DNA of 64,000 bases, taken from the NCBI GenBank assembly GCA_052170475.1, contig JBQNAL010000010.1:680-64679 (forward strand), written 5' to 3'. Positions 1-8,962 of this stretch are shown piece after piece. Under the pieces are notes generated by a model that did not search any database, was not told the origin of the DNA, and saw only the letters and a program-made list of their open reading frames with translations. This DNA is from Schwartzia sp. (in: firmicutes) (lineage in GTDB: Bacteria; Bacillota; Negativicutes; Selenomonadales; Selenomonadaceae). Every line of letters starts with the position of its first letter. The first letter of the stretch is position 1. The position numbers were made by a program, and so were the translations under genes.

Positions 1-409
1 CACCCGCAAGATCTCAGGACCGCTCTTAGACCGCATCGACATCCATATCCGCGTGCCCCGCGTGGAGTATAAGGAACTGACGGCCTCCCAGCCCGCAGAA
101 TCCTCCGCCGTCATCCGCCAAAGGGTCACGGCGGCGCGCCGTCGGCAAATCGATCGCCTGCAAGATTTCCACGCCGTCTGCAACGCACAGATGAGCCATG
201 CCGTGCTGAAAAAGACCTGCCCCCTGACGCCCGAGGCGCAAAAACTTTTGGAACAGGCCTTTAACCGCATGAACATGTCCGCGCGCTCCTACGACCGCAT
301 CATCAAGGTCGCCCGCACCATCGCCGATCTGGACAATCAGGAAAAGATTGCCCAAGAGCATGTTGCGGAAGCCATCCAACTGCGAAACGATATGGGGCTG
401 GACATGTAA
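1..409 (+). CDS. comM: Mg-chelatase-like AAA+ protein (YifB/ComM family), C-terminal fragment; the 5' end lies outside the window
   Basis: The frame is open from the window edge (TRKISGPLLDRIDIHIRVPRVEY...) and runs into tracked ORF 53..409. The tail ...SARSYDRIIKVARTIADLD... is typical of YifB/ComM. The tracked M at 53 is an internal GTG. Confidence 0.8.
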   Translation, partial: TRKISGPLLDRIDIHIRVPRVEYKELTASQPAESSAVIRQRVTAARRRQIDRLQDFHAVCNAQMSHAVLKKTCPLTPEAQKLLEQAFNRMNMSARSYDRIIKVARTIADLDNQEKIAQEHVAEAIQLRNDMGLDM

Positions 410-457
410 CAGAGGACACGGCATCCATCCGCACCGAAACGGGCGTCATCCCGAAAG

Positions 458-516
458 AAAAATTCCCAAAGCGCATCGCTTGCGACGGCTTTGGGAATTT
501 TTGTTTTGCTTTTTTA
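458..516. terminator. bidirectional rho-independent terminator between convergent genes
   Basis: Stem aaattcccaaagc (460..472) pairs with gctttgggaattt (488..500), with an A-run before and a T-run after (to 516). A second 8-1-8 palindrome, cacgatca-t-tgatcgtg, follows at 523..539. Confidence 0.7.
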
Positions 517-571
517 GGCTCTCACGATCATTGATCGTGCTTCAACACTGCCAATCTCGGTGTAAATCGTG

Positions 572-1348
572 CTATTTCTGCCGCACGTTGATACCATTCG
601 ATACGAGCGGATCGGGGCCGTACCGATTAGGACCGCGCGTTCCCGCGAAGAAGAGCGCGTAGCATCCGAGCGCGAAATTCAGAATCGGGATGAAGGTGCC
701 TATACACCACCATGTCGGCCTGTTCAGATCGTGCAGACGCCGGATCGTCAGCATGAGCGCGAGAACGAACACCACGAAATTGATCAGGTAGCCAAGCAAA
801 GTCCCGGCAGTTCCCCGTAGTGCGGCGGCGATCATCATGCCGACCACCGCGGCGGCGAAAAGCGCAAGCGAACGAAGGATGTACGGCTTTCGGTTCAGCC
901 GGTTGTCATAGCGCAAAAACATCGCGGCGAACCCTTTGTCGGGAACGTAACCGTCATTCGCAGATAACGCGCCGCCATATTGCGGCTGGGCAAATTCAGC
1001 CGGCACCTCTCCATGGCGCGACTCATGCGACGGCTGGGGAGGATGTGCCGCAGTGGGTCGCGATGGATGAAGATCCGCGAGCCGCTGCGGATAAGTTTGG
1101 TTCTGCACACTGCCCGCTTGCCGCGTAACAATCGGGGGCGGCGGATTTTCCCCTTGCACAGCGGGGGAAACAGCTGCTCCCTGCGCGGCTGGCGTGTTGG
1201 AGCCGCCATGATTTGGCACGGGCATGGGGGCAGACGGTGCGGACGAATACGCCGGATGTTGCGCTTGCACGATCGCCGAGCCGCAGTTCGGGCAGAATTT
1301 CGGAGCGCCGACAAGGGCGTTTCCACAGTTTGAACAGAACTTTGCCAT
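572..1348 (-). CDS. zinc-ribbon / DUF805-family membrane protein
   Basis: It has an N-terminal CSNCG..CPNCG zinc ribbon, a Pro/Gln-rich linker and a C-terminal DUF805-like TM region (RKPYILRS...RRLHDLNRPTWW...GTRGPNRYGPDP). I moved the start to ATG 1348 (MAKFCSNCG), which has a GAGGAGGAAAA RBS and lies 28 nt after the upstream stop. The tracked ORF runs to 1468. Confidence 0.7.
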   Translation of the reverse strand: MAKFCSNCGNALVGAPKFCPNCGSAIVQAQHPAYSSAPSAPMPVPNHGGSNTPAAQGAAVSPAVQGENPPPPIVTRQAGSVQNQTYPQRLADLHPSRPTAAHPPQPSHESRHGEVPAEFAQPQYGGALSANDGYVPDKGFAAMFLRYDNRLNRKPYILRSLALFAAAVVGMMIAAALRGTAGTLLGYLINFVVFVLALMLTIRRLHDLNRPTWWCIGTFIPILNFALGCYALFFAGTRGPNRYGPDPLVSNGINVRQK

Positions 1349-1376
1349 GTCGTTTTCCTCCTCAAAAGAATCGACC

Positions 1377-2021
1377 TCATTCTTCAAAAGATTTTTCAAA
1401 ACGTTTTCCATTGACAAATATTTTCGCGTTGACGCACTTGGAGACGATATAGTCGCGCACGAAATCAAAGTCCTCCTTCGCCGCGTAAACCTGATTTTTT
1501 CCGAGCAGTTCGTTGACCTTGATTAGCTCTCGGTCGGGATATACCTCTACACTTTTCACCTTGCTGAACGCAGAATACATACTGCTGCGCGATGCCGCGA
1601 GAATCCCCGCGCCCATCGCCGTATAACTTCCTGCGGCGCCGCCGGCCAGCGCCGCGAGTGCGCCGATCATCTCGGCTTTTTTCACCTGCCGGGGCATTTG
1701 GATGTGGTTTACGCCATTTTCGTCCATCTCGAACAGCACACAGTATTTTCCGCCCATGATCATGGCATAGACGAAATAGCCAAACGCGACAAACAGTGAA
1801 AAGCCGAGTGAAAACGCGATAAATATGCCCGTGAACTCTAAAATATCGTCCGTTACGAAACGATTTTCAAATATGGAAAGCATCGTGACGAATAACCATA
1901 GTCCAAAGAGGATGAACCCGAAGATTTTCATTAGCAAAATCAAAATCGTGGGATTCTTATAAAGGTTCAGTTCGTAAGACCAACGATATACGCCGTCGCG
2001 CCCTCTGACGATATGGCTCAT
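1377..2021 (-). CDS. hypothetical membrane protein (hydrophobic segments in the N-terminal half, soluble C-terminal part)
   Basis: 214-aa ORF with hydrophobic stretches (ILILLMKIFGFILFGLWLFVTML, IFIAFSLGFSLFVAFGYFVYAMI). It is tightly spaced between the neighbouring genes. I recognise no family. Confidence 0.55.
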   Translation of the reverse strand: MSHIVRGRDGVYRWSYELNLYKNPTILILLMKIFGFILFGLWLFVTMLSIFENRFVTDDILEFTGIFIAFSLGFSLFVAFGYFVYAMIMGGKYCVLFEMDENGVNHIQMPRQVKKAEMIGALAALAGGAAGSYTAMGAGILAASRSSMYSAFSKVKSVEVYPDRELIKVNELLGKNQVYAAKEDFDFVRDYIVSKCVNAKIFVNGKRFEKSFEE

Positions 2022-2042
2022 GGCAGATCTCCTTTCCTCTCG

Positions 2043-4070
2043 TTATTGTTTGTACCCCCTCCACTGTCCAAAGTGGTTTTCAAAAGTCGCAACATAGCTG
2101 CCGCCTGACACTTGGAAGGTCAGCGGTTCTCCGTCTTCGGTGCTGCCCGAACCGGTCTGAGGATCAATCCACGCTGTGGTTGTCACGGGTCCTGACAGTC
2201 TTTCATACGTTATCGAGATGCTGCCGTCCGCTCTCGCCGACACCTCTGCGGTAGCCGTGACGTCCGCCGCAAGGTCGCTCACGCCCTTCATCACATATGT
2301 GCCTGCGAGTTTAGCGGGCGCGTACGGCGCGTTGTTATCCTCTTTTTCCTGACGAGTCCGGCTTTCCTGCTGCTGTGCCGTCTGCACCTCGCCCTGCTCC
2401 GTCTGTGCATTTTGCGCTTCCTCTTGTGCTTTCTGCACATCTTCCAGCATCGCTTGAAAAACTGCCATCATCTTTTCGGTATAATCCTGTATGTCGGAGT
2501 ACTGTTCTTTTAGATCCGCTACCCATCGGGAGAGAACATCGTCGGGAACGGTGTCTATCGGCTTCGGTGGCTGATCGCCCTCCTCTGAAAGTTCCTTTTG
2601 TGCTTTCTGCGCCTCTTCCAGCGCAGCTTGATAAGCTGCCCTTATCTTTTCGTACTCCCTGTCGGAGAGATTTCCTGTCATGTTCATAATCTTGAAATAT
2701 GCGAAAAGAAGCTGGTCGGAAACTTTCTCTATCGGCTGCGGTGGCTGAACGCTGTCCTCTGAAACTTCCTTCGGGATGATGGCGGCATCGCCTTTTTTCG
2801 TGGTCGTGATGTCGAACCCCATGAGCTTTCCTTCTTGCAGCTCTAAGCCCCGATCCACCATCCACGATGTGGAATCGAGAATCGTGGCGACGCCACCGCC
2901 CGCAATTTGGTGCGCGTCAAGAAATCCCGAAGAGTTGAGACCCACAGCTTCCAAGCTCTCCTGCGTTTTCCTTACGGCCTCCGGACCTTTGAGCGCGAAA
3001 TTCTGGAACGAGGTAATCATCGTCCCTAAGCTTGTGACGGCGGAGATCGCGCCTGTCCACCGCTGCACCTTTTCCTTCACGGGATCAACTTCGCCGGTCT
3101 GAATTTCAGAGATGCCATTTTGCCAGCAGAGGACGCAGTCAACGCTTGAAACGATCCCATTTACGCCGGCGAAAGTACCGGCGACGCCGCCCGCCGCTAT
3201 TGTGGGCAGCGAGAGTGCCGTAGTGCCGGCAACGAGAGCTACCTGACAGCTGATCTTTACCCCGATCGCCGTTTTCACGCCCGTGTCGTAAAGCTCTGCA
3301 GCTCTCTCGCTTCTGATGCCCGTGTCGATTCCGAAAACTTTAGCGGTGTCAAGAATTTTGACGGCCTCCTGAAACTGCTCGTTCGCGCTCCTGGCGTCGG
3401 TTTTAAGCGCCAGCGCCAGACCGTGCATCCCTTTCCCCGCAGGATAGCTCTCGTACATTCTTGTGATCTCCTGCGCCCATTCTTTCGTCCCACGTTCATA
3501 CTGCGTCTTGTCTTCGGCGGCGTGGGCAACGGAAAAAAGCGAACGTGCGCCGAAGAATGGCTGAGGAACCATGGCGAGCGGCTTGTACCCCAGCTTTTGC
3601 TCCTCTTTTTCCAGTGCCTCGGCCAAGCTGATCGCGAGCGTAGCACTCGCGTCGGCACACTGCCAGAGAGCGGCGGTGTCTTTGAGGAGCTTCGCGTATT
3701 CTTTCGGCGTCATGTTGGTTTCATTCGCGCGGGCAAGTATCTCCGTATAGATGCGTGCGCGGACGTAGTAGCGGACCGCGTCCATCGTGATGCCTTCGGT
3801 GACGAGGCGCATGTCGTTCGCTCTTGGCAGCTTGACCACGATGGCGCCTTCCGGCAGATTTTCATCGCCGCCGTCAAAGATGTCCGCCCAAATCGGAAGG
3901 AACAGCGGGCCAAAAAATACTGACATGCCGAGGCTCATCGCGTCCTCCGCGATTTGGTCGGAGGATGTTTCGTTTTCGGACAGAAATCCACACCCGGCAA
4001 GCGGCATCGAAAACATTGCGGCCGAAAGCCCGGAAGCAATGGATTTTTTGAGGGTTGGATGAAACTTCAT
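2043..4070 (-). CDS. large uncharacterised lipoprotein with a Gly/Ala-rich hydrophobic core and a duplicated coiled-coil segment
   Basis: Signal peptide with lipobox (MKFHPTLKKSIASGLSAAMFSMPLAGC). ATG at 4070 is preceded by a GAGGAG RBS; the tracked start at 4079 is a GTG. I recognise no family. Confidence 0.65.
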   Translation of the reverse strand: MKFHPTLKKSIASGLSAAMFSMPLAGCGFLSENETSSDQIAEDAMSLGMSVFFGPLFLPIWADIFDGGDENLPEGAIVVKLPRANDMRLVTEGITMDAVRYYVRARIYTEILARANETNMTPKEYAKLLKDTAALWQCADASATLAISLAEALEKEEQKLGYKPLAMVPQPFFGARSLFSVAHAAEDKTQYERGTKEWAQEITRMYESYPAGKGMHGLALALKTDARSANEQFQEAVKILDTAKVFGIDTGIRSERAAELYDTGVKTAIGVKISCQVALVAGTTALSLPTIAAGGVAGTFAGVNGIVSSVDCVLCWQNGISEIQTGEVDPVKEKVQRWTGAISAVTSLGTMITSFQNFALKGPEAVRKTQESLEAVGLNSSGFLDAHQIAGGGVATILDSTSWMVDRGLELQEGKLMGFDITTTKKGDAAIIPKEVSEDSVQPPQPIEKVSDQLLFAYFKIMNMTGNLSDREYEKIRAAYQAALEEAQKAQKELSEEGDQPPKPIDTVPDDVLSRWVADLKEQYSDIQDYTEKMMAVFQAMLEDVQKAQEEAQNAQTEQGEVQTAQQQESRTRQEKEDNNAPYAPAKLAGTYVMKGVSDLAADVTATAEVSARADGSISITYERLSGPVTTTAWIDPQTGSGSTEDGEPLTFQVSGGSYVATFENHFGQWRGYKQ

Positions 4071-4274
4071 ACATATCACTCCTCATGAAATTTTTCACAA
4101 GCCAAAAACGCTTATTTTTGTCCCACTTCCATACTTCCATATTACATTTCAACAACCTTTTTGTCAAATATCGTGGAAAAGGATGTTTTTCCTCTGTATA
4201 TGGCTAAAGATATTTTTATTCTCTATTTTATATATAGATGCTCTCCTCAGAAAAATCGTTGCCCTGCTGTGAAA

Positions 4275-4320
4275 AGAACAAAAAAATGTTGTGGCTGACA
4301 TGTTCGTCATACCACAACAT
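4275..4320 (-). terminator. rho-independent terminator of aspS; also copy A of a 35-nt hairpin repeat
   Basis: On the minus strand, ATGTTGTGG-(17 nt loop)-CCACAACAT (4286..4320) is followed by a T-run. It is 34/35 identical to 22381..22415. Confidence 0.7.
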
Positions 4321-4368
4321 GGATGATAGAATCCTGTTTTAGCCTGTCTGCCCCGGCAAGAGGAGAGG

Positions 4369-6168
4369 TCAGCCCTCTTTTTTCTTCGCGGCGAGGGAGA
4401 GGCGGATGGACAGCTCGCGGAGCTGCTTTTCCTCCACCTCGGACGGCGCCTGCGCCATGGCGTCGGACGCGCTCTGCGTCTTGGGGAAGGCGATGACGTC
4501 GCGGATGGAGGTGCGCTTCGCCATCAGCATGACGAGGCGGTCGAGGCCGAAGGCCAGTCCGCCGTGCGGCGGCGTGCCATACTGGAAGGCGTCCATCATG
4601 AAGCCGAATTTCGTCCGCGCGACCTCCGGCGTGAGGCCGATGGCTTCCAACACTTGCTCCTGAAGGTCGGGGTTGTAAATGCGAAGGCTGCCGCCGCCGA
4701 TCTCCACGCCGTTGAGCACCATGTCGTAGGCATTGGCCTTGACCCGCCCCGGATCCGTGGCGAGATACGGCACATCTTCATCGCGCGGCGCAGTGAAGGG
4801 ATGGTGCATCGCCTTCCAGCGCTGCTCTTCGTCACTATACTCAAACATGGGGAAATCGACCACCCACAAAAAGCACAGTTTGTCGGGATCGATGAGTCCC
4901 CTGCGGCGTCCCATTTCGAGGCGCAGCGCGCCGAGCGCCTGCGCCACGACGAGCGGCTTATCTCCGACGACCAAGAGGAGATCCCCCGTCTTCGCGCCGC
5001 AGTCCGCTTTGATCTTCTCAAACACTTCGTCGGAATAGAACTTCTTGAAGGGCGACTTGACGCCGTCCTCGGCGTACTGAATCCACGCCATCCCCTTCGC
5101 GCCGTAGCCTTGGACGTATTTCACCAAATCGTCCAATTCCCGACGGGGAATGTTGGCATACCCTTCCACGTTGATGACCTTGACCTGGCCGCCCGCTTGC
5201 AGTACCGATTCAAAGACTTTGAAGGAAGAGCCTTGGACGTGTTTGGAAATGTCCATCAGCTCCATGCCAAAGCGCAGATCCGGCTTGTCGGAGCCAAAGC
5301 GCGCCATCGCCTCGTCCCACGTCATGCGCAGGAAGGGCGTCTCAAGCTCGACGCCGAGGGCTTTGGAAAAAATCTCCCCCATCATGCCTTCCATCATGGT
5401 GAGGATGGTTTCCTGATCCGTAAAGGACATTTCAATGTCGAGCTGCGTAAACTCCGGCTGACGGTCAGCGCGAAGGTCTTCATCCCGGAAGCAGCGGACG
5501 ATCTGGAAATATTTCTCGAACCCCGCCACCATCAAGATCTGCTTGTAGATCTGGGGCGACTGCGGCAGCGCGTAAAACGCCCCGGGGTTTAAGCGGCTGG
5601 GCACCAAGAAGTCCCGCGCCCCTTCCGGCGTACTCTTGCAGAGCATGGGCGTCTCAATCTCCAAAAAGCCCTGCGCGTCGAAATAATCCCGCATGATCTT
5701 CGCCACGCGATGGCGCAGCATGATATTTTTCTGCATTTCCGGCCGCCGCAGATCGAGGAACCGATATTTCAGCCGCAGCATTTCATCCACGTCCAAATTG
5801 TCTTGGATGTAGAAGGGCGGCGTCTTTGCCTTGTTCAAGATCCGAAGCTCGGCGCAGACAAGTTCAATCTCGCCGGTCTCCATCTTCGGATTGATGGTCT
5901 CCTCCGAACGCGCCCGAATGAGACCACGCACGGCGATGACAAACTCTGAGCGCAGGGACTCCGCCTTGTGAAAGGCTTCCTCTCCCATGGCCGCCGCATC
6001 GTAGACGATTTGCACCAAGCCGGATCGATCCCGCAGATCGACAAAAATTAAACCGCCGTGATCCCGGCGATGGGAGACCCAGCCGCAGACCGTCACTTCC
6101 TGTCCGACCTCAGTTTTCCGCAGTTCCCCCGCGTGATGGGAACGGCGCATTCCTTCCAATGTTTCCAT
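4369..6168 (-). CDS. aspS: aspartate--tRNA ligase
   Basis: 599 aa. The N-terminal OB-fold region (GQEVTVCGWVSHRRDHGGLIFVDLRDRSG) and class II motifs (FRDEDLRADRQPEFTQLD; GGGSLRI; GLDR) are present. The start overlaps the hisS stop by 1 nt (TAATG). Confidence 0.95.
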   Translation of the reverse strand: METLEGMRRSHHAGELRKTEVGQEVTVCGWVSHRRDHGGLIFVDLRDRSGLVQIVYDAAAMGEEAFHKAESLRSEFVIAVRGLIRARSEETINPKMETGEIELVCAELRILNKAKTPPFYIQDNLDVDEMLRLKYRFLDLRRPEMQKNIMLRHRVAKIMRDYFDAQGFLEIETPMLCKSTPEGARDFLVPSRLNPGAFYALPQSPQIYKQILMVAGFEKYFQIVRCFRDEDLRADRQPEFTQLDIEMSFTDQETILTMMEGMMGEIFSKALGVELETPFLRMTWDEAMARFGSDKPDLRFGMELMDISKHVQGSSFKVFESVLQAGGQVKVINVEGYANIPRRELDDLVKYVQGYGAKGMAWIQYAEDGVKSPFKKFYSDEVFEKIKADCGAKTGDLLLVVGDKPLVVAQALGALRLEMGRRRGLIDPDKLCFLWVVDFPMFEYSDEEQRWKAMHHPFTAPRDEDVPYLATDPGRVKANAYDMVLNGVEIGGGSLRIYNPDLQEQVLEAIGLTPEVARTKFGFMMDAFQYGTPPHGGLAFGLDRLVMLMAKRTSIRDVIAFPKTQSASDAMAQAPSEVEEKQLRELSIRLSLAAKKKEG

Positions 6169-7433
6169 TACTTTTTCACCTCAACGCATAACGTATTGAT
6201 AAGATCCGGCAGCGGTACACGCCGTTGCTCACTGGAACCCATATTCCGCAGAACGGCGCAGTTTTCCGCCAATTCCGCATCGCCGAGAATGGCGACAAAC
6301 CTCGCCCGCGCCTTGTCGGCGGTGCGCATCTGAGACTTCAAACTGCGTCCAGCATAGTCCATGCCGACGCGCAGCCCCTCATCGCGCAGGGCGATGAGGA
6401 GAGGAAACGCCGCTTGCTGCGCCGCCTCCCCCAAGGCGACAAGAAAGGCGTCCGTCGTCTGTTCTTCCGGCGCACCGAGATTCTGCATGTCCAAGGCCAC
6501 CATGACGCGCTCTAAGCCTACTGCAAATCCAATCCCCGGCGTGGGTGCGCCGCCGATCTCCTCCACGAGGCCGTCGTAGCGGCCGCCCCCCGCGACGGCG
6601 CTCTGCGCCCCCAAGGGCGCATATTTGATCTCAAAGGCCGTGCGGGTGTAGTAATCTAAGCCCCGAACGAGCCTTGGATCGAGCGTGTAGCGGATCCCCG
6701 CCGCCCGCAGATACGCCTGCACCTTTAGAAAATGTGCCTGACAATCGTCGCAGAGACAATCCGTGATCTCCGGCGCACCTTTGGACAAAGCCTGACACTT
6801 TTCGTTCTTGCAGTCCAAAAGGCGCATGGGATTGCGCAAGAGCCGCGAGCGGCAGTCCTCGCAGAGATCCGCTGCTTTATCCCGAAAGAACGCTTGCAGC
6901 TTCGCTCGATACTGCGCTCGGCACTGCGCGTCACCCACGGAATTGAGGCTGAGGACGAGATCGGTCAGCCCTAAAGACTCCAAAAACCGCACCGCCAAGA
7001 TGATGATTTCCGCATCCACCAAGGGGCTTTGTTCACCTAAGACCTCGACGCCAAACTGATGAAATTCCCGAAAGCGCCCCTTTTGCGGCCGGTCAAAGCG
7101 AAACATGGAGCCGATGTAGAAAAGTTTCCGCACCGGCGCATCCGCATAGAGCTTGTGCTCCAAATACGCCCGCACCGCCGAAGCCGTGTTTTCCGGTCTA
7201 AGGGTAAGGCTGCGCCCCCCGCGGTCGGCAAAGGTGTACATCTCCTTTTCCACGACGTCCGTGGTATCGCCAATGCCCCTCTGAAAAAGCTCCGTATGCT
7301 CAAACATGGGGGTACGTATCTCGGAAAAGCCGTACTGGGCGCAGATCGCCCGAATCTTTTCCTCTACATACCGCCACGTTCCCACCTTCTCCGGCAGTAT
7401 ATCCTTTGTGCCGCGAGGCGCCTGCGTCAGCAT
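6168..7433 (-). CDS. hisS: histidine--tRNA ligase
   Basis: 421 aa. MLTQAPRGTKDILPE..., the FRFDRPQKGRFREFHQ motif and GGGRYDGL are characteristic of HisRS. Confidence 0.95.
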   Translation of the reverse strand: MLTQAPRGTKDILPEKVGTWRYVEEKIRAICAQYGFSEIRTPMFEHTELFQRGIGDTTDVVEKEMYTFADRGGRSLTLRPENTASAVRAYLEHKLYADAPVRKLFYIGSMFRFDRPQKGRFREFHQFGVEVLGEQSPLVDAEIIILAVRFLESLGLTDLVLSLNSVGDAQCRAQYRAKLQAFFRDKAADLCEDCRSRLLRNPMRLLDCKNEKCQALSKGAPEITDCLCDDCQAHFLKVQAYLRAAGIRYTLDPRLVRGLDYYTRTAFEIKYAPLGAQSAVAGGGRYDGLVEEIGGAPTPGIGFAVGLERVMVALDMQNLGAPEEQTTDAFLVALGEAAQQAAFPLLIALRDEGLRVGMDYAGRSLKSQMRTADKARARFVAILGDAELAENCAVLRNMGSSEQRRVPLPDLINTLCVEVKK

Positions 7434-8962
7434 AGCATTTCCTCCCTCAATCCCCCATACGCTTTCTCTAAAAGCGCGGATCGTTTTTCGATGTAAGTAT
7501 CAATCCCCGTCAAATAACTTTTTACGTCTTTCGCGTTGAACGAAGCGTACATCCGCCCCGTCTTGGGATCGACGACCTTTGAGGTAGCCGCGCCGCCGAT
7601 GCCGAGCACGGTCTGCCGCTCCTCCATAATCTGCATATTGTAAAGGCTCTCCCGACCGGGGCGGCAATAGCCGATATTTTCCAACTGTCCGCCTTGGTAC
7701 CCTTGGCGATAGAGATAGTACGGCGCAAAGCCCTCTTTTGTCACGATGTCCACGGCGATGGCAAACATCTCCCGCACCGCCGCGCCCGACGGCAGCTCCG
7801 TCTCCGCCAAATGCAGCTTGAGCTCTGAGCCGCGCTTTAAGGCCAACGTGTGAAGTGTGACGTCGTCCGGCGAAAGCGCCGTGATCTTCTCCATCGTGTC
7901 CCGCACATCCGCCGCCGTTTCCCCCGGCAAGCCCAAGATGACGTCCATGTTGACGGAAGGAATCCCCGCCGCGCGAATCGCCCCGTACATGGTCACGATG
8001 TCCTCCGGCGTATGACGGCGGCCGATGCGCCGCAGGGTGCGATCCTGCATCGTCTGGGGATTGACGCTGACCCGATTCACATGCGCCGCGCTCATCGTCT
8101 GAATTTTATGGAGCGACAGACTGTCCGGGCGGCCTGCTTCCACCGTAAACTCCCGCACCTCCGAATGATAGAACGCATCTTCCACCAGCCCCATCATTTC
8201 CGCGAAAAACGAATCGGGCAGGCTCGTCGGCGTCCCTCCGCCGACATAGATATTTTGCACCCGCAGACCGTATCGGTCAAGCGCAGCACGAACGGACGCG
8301 ATCTCCTTCTCCAGCGTCCGCAGGAAAACACGCAACTCGTCCTCCCCCGGCAGGAGATGAGACGGAAAGGAGCAGTAAAGACAGCGGGACAAACAAAAAG
8401 GAATGCCAATATAAATACTGACATCCTTGGCTGACGTGGGAAAAAGAAACGGGCGTTGATGAAGCGCAACGACACGGAGAAGATCGGTCTTTTCCTCACT
8501 GACCGCATAACGTTCTTTCAAGCGTTCCCCGATGACGGCAAGAGGCAGCCCCTGATCCAGCCAACGGTGGACGATCTTCACGGGGCGGATCCCATAGAGA
8601 ATGCCCCACGGCGTAGCCGAAAGCCCCAAGCGGCGGCGCAGCAGCCGATAAAAATTCAGCTTGACGACGCGATGGAGCGCAGCGGAAGCCGGCTCATCCG
8701 ATTCACCATAGGTCACGCAAGTATCCGTCGTGGTGCGCCCCGCCAGATCCGTCAAAGAAAGCGTCGTCTCTACCCGCGGCACATTCCCCTCGCCTATTGC
8801 GTGGGAAACCGCAAGTTCCGCAAAGTCAGGCGCGTCGTCGGTGACGATGACGTCAAAGAGGGTCAACACCTCTTTGGACACCTTGACCATCACTTCGGCA
8901 CTCAAATTCAAAGAAAACTTCCCTATCCGCAAAATCTCACCGGCAGTTCTTGCAATAGCCAA
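7427..8962 (-). CDS. hemZ: radical SAM protein, HemZ-type (oxygen-independent coproporphyrinogen-III oxidase-like)
   Basis: ~500 aa with the CxxxCxxC radical SAM motif (IPFCLSRCLYCSF) after a ~170-aa N-terminal extension, as in HemZ. The start is uncertain: 8962 overlaps the upstream gene by 26 nt, and 8890 is an alternative. Confidence 0.7.
   Translation of the reverse strand: MAIARTAGEILRIGKFSLNLSAEVMVKVSKEVLTLFDVIVTDDAPDFAELAVSHAIGEGNVPRVETTLSLTDLAGRTTTDTCVTYGESDEPASAALHRVVKLNFYRLLRRRLGLSATPWGILYGIRPVKIVHRWLDQGLPLAVIGERLKERYAVSEEKTDLLRVVALHQRPFLFPTSAKDVSIYIGIPFCLSRCLYCSFPSHLLPGEDELRVFLRTLEKEIASVRAALDRYGLRVQNIYVGGGTPTSLPDSFFAEMMGLVEDAFYHSEVREFTVEAGRPDSLSLHKIQTMSAAHVNRVSVNPQTMQDRTLRRIGRRHTPEDIVTMYGAIRAAGIPSVNMDVILGLPGETAADVRDTMEKITALSPDDVTLHTLALKRGSELKLHLAETELPSGAAVREMFAIAVDIVTKEGFAPYYLYRQGYQGGQLENIGYCRPGRESLYNMQIMEERQTVLGIGGAATSKVVDPKTGRMYASFNAKDVKSYLTGIDTYIEKRSALLEKAYGGLREEMLC

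Noticed and set aside
4564-5592. 342-aa ORF on the plus strand, and many similar long ORFs: 13600..14532, 19895..20956, 31006..32133, 33954..34787, 34818..35699, 38043..38735, 39479..40318, 42980..44047, 47366..48124, 50770..51606, 52735..53580, 61852..62805.
   Set aside because: All lie antisense to, or out of frame within, confidently identified genes. They have Arg/Gly/His-rich low-complexity translations and no RBS. These are the usual shadow ORFs of high-GC DNA.
7400-7460. T-box leader expected upstream of hisS.
   Set aside because: The hisS start overlaps the preceding coding sequence, so there is no untranslated space here for a ~200-nt T-box. An internal one inside hemZ cannot be excluded by eye and is listed as a check.
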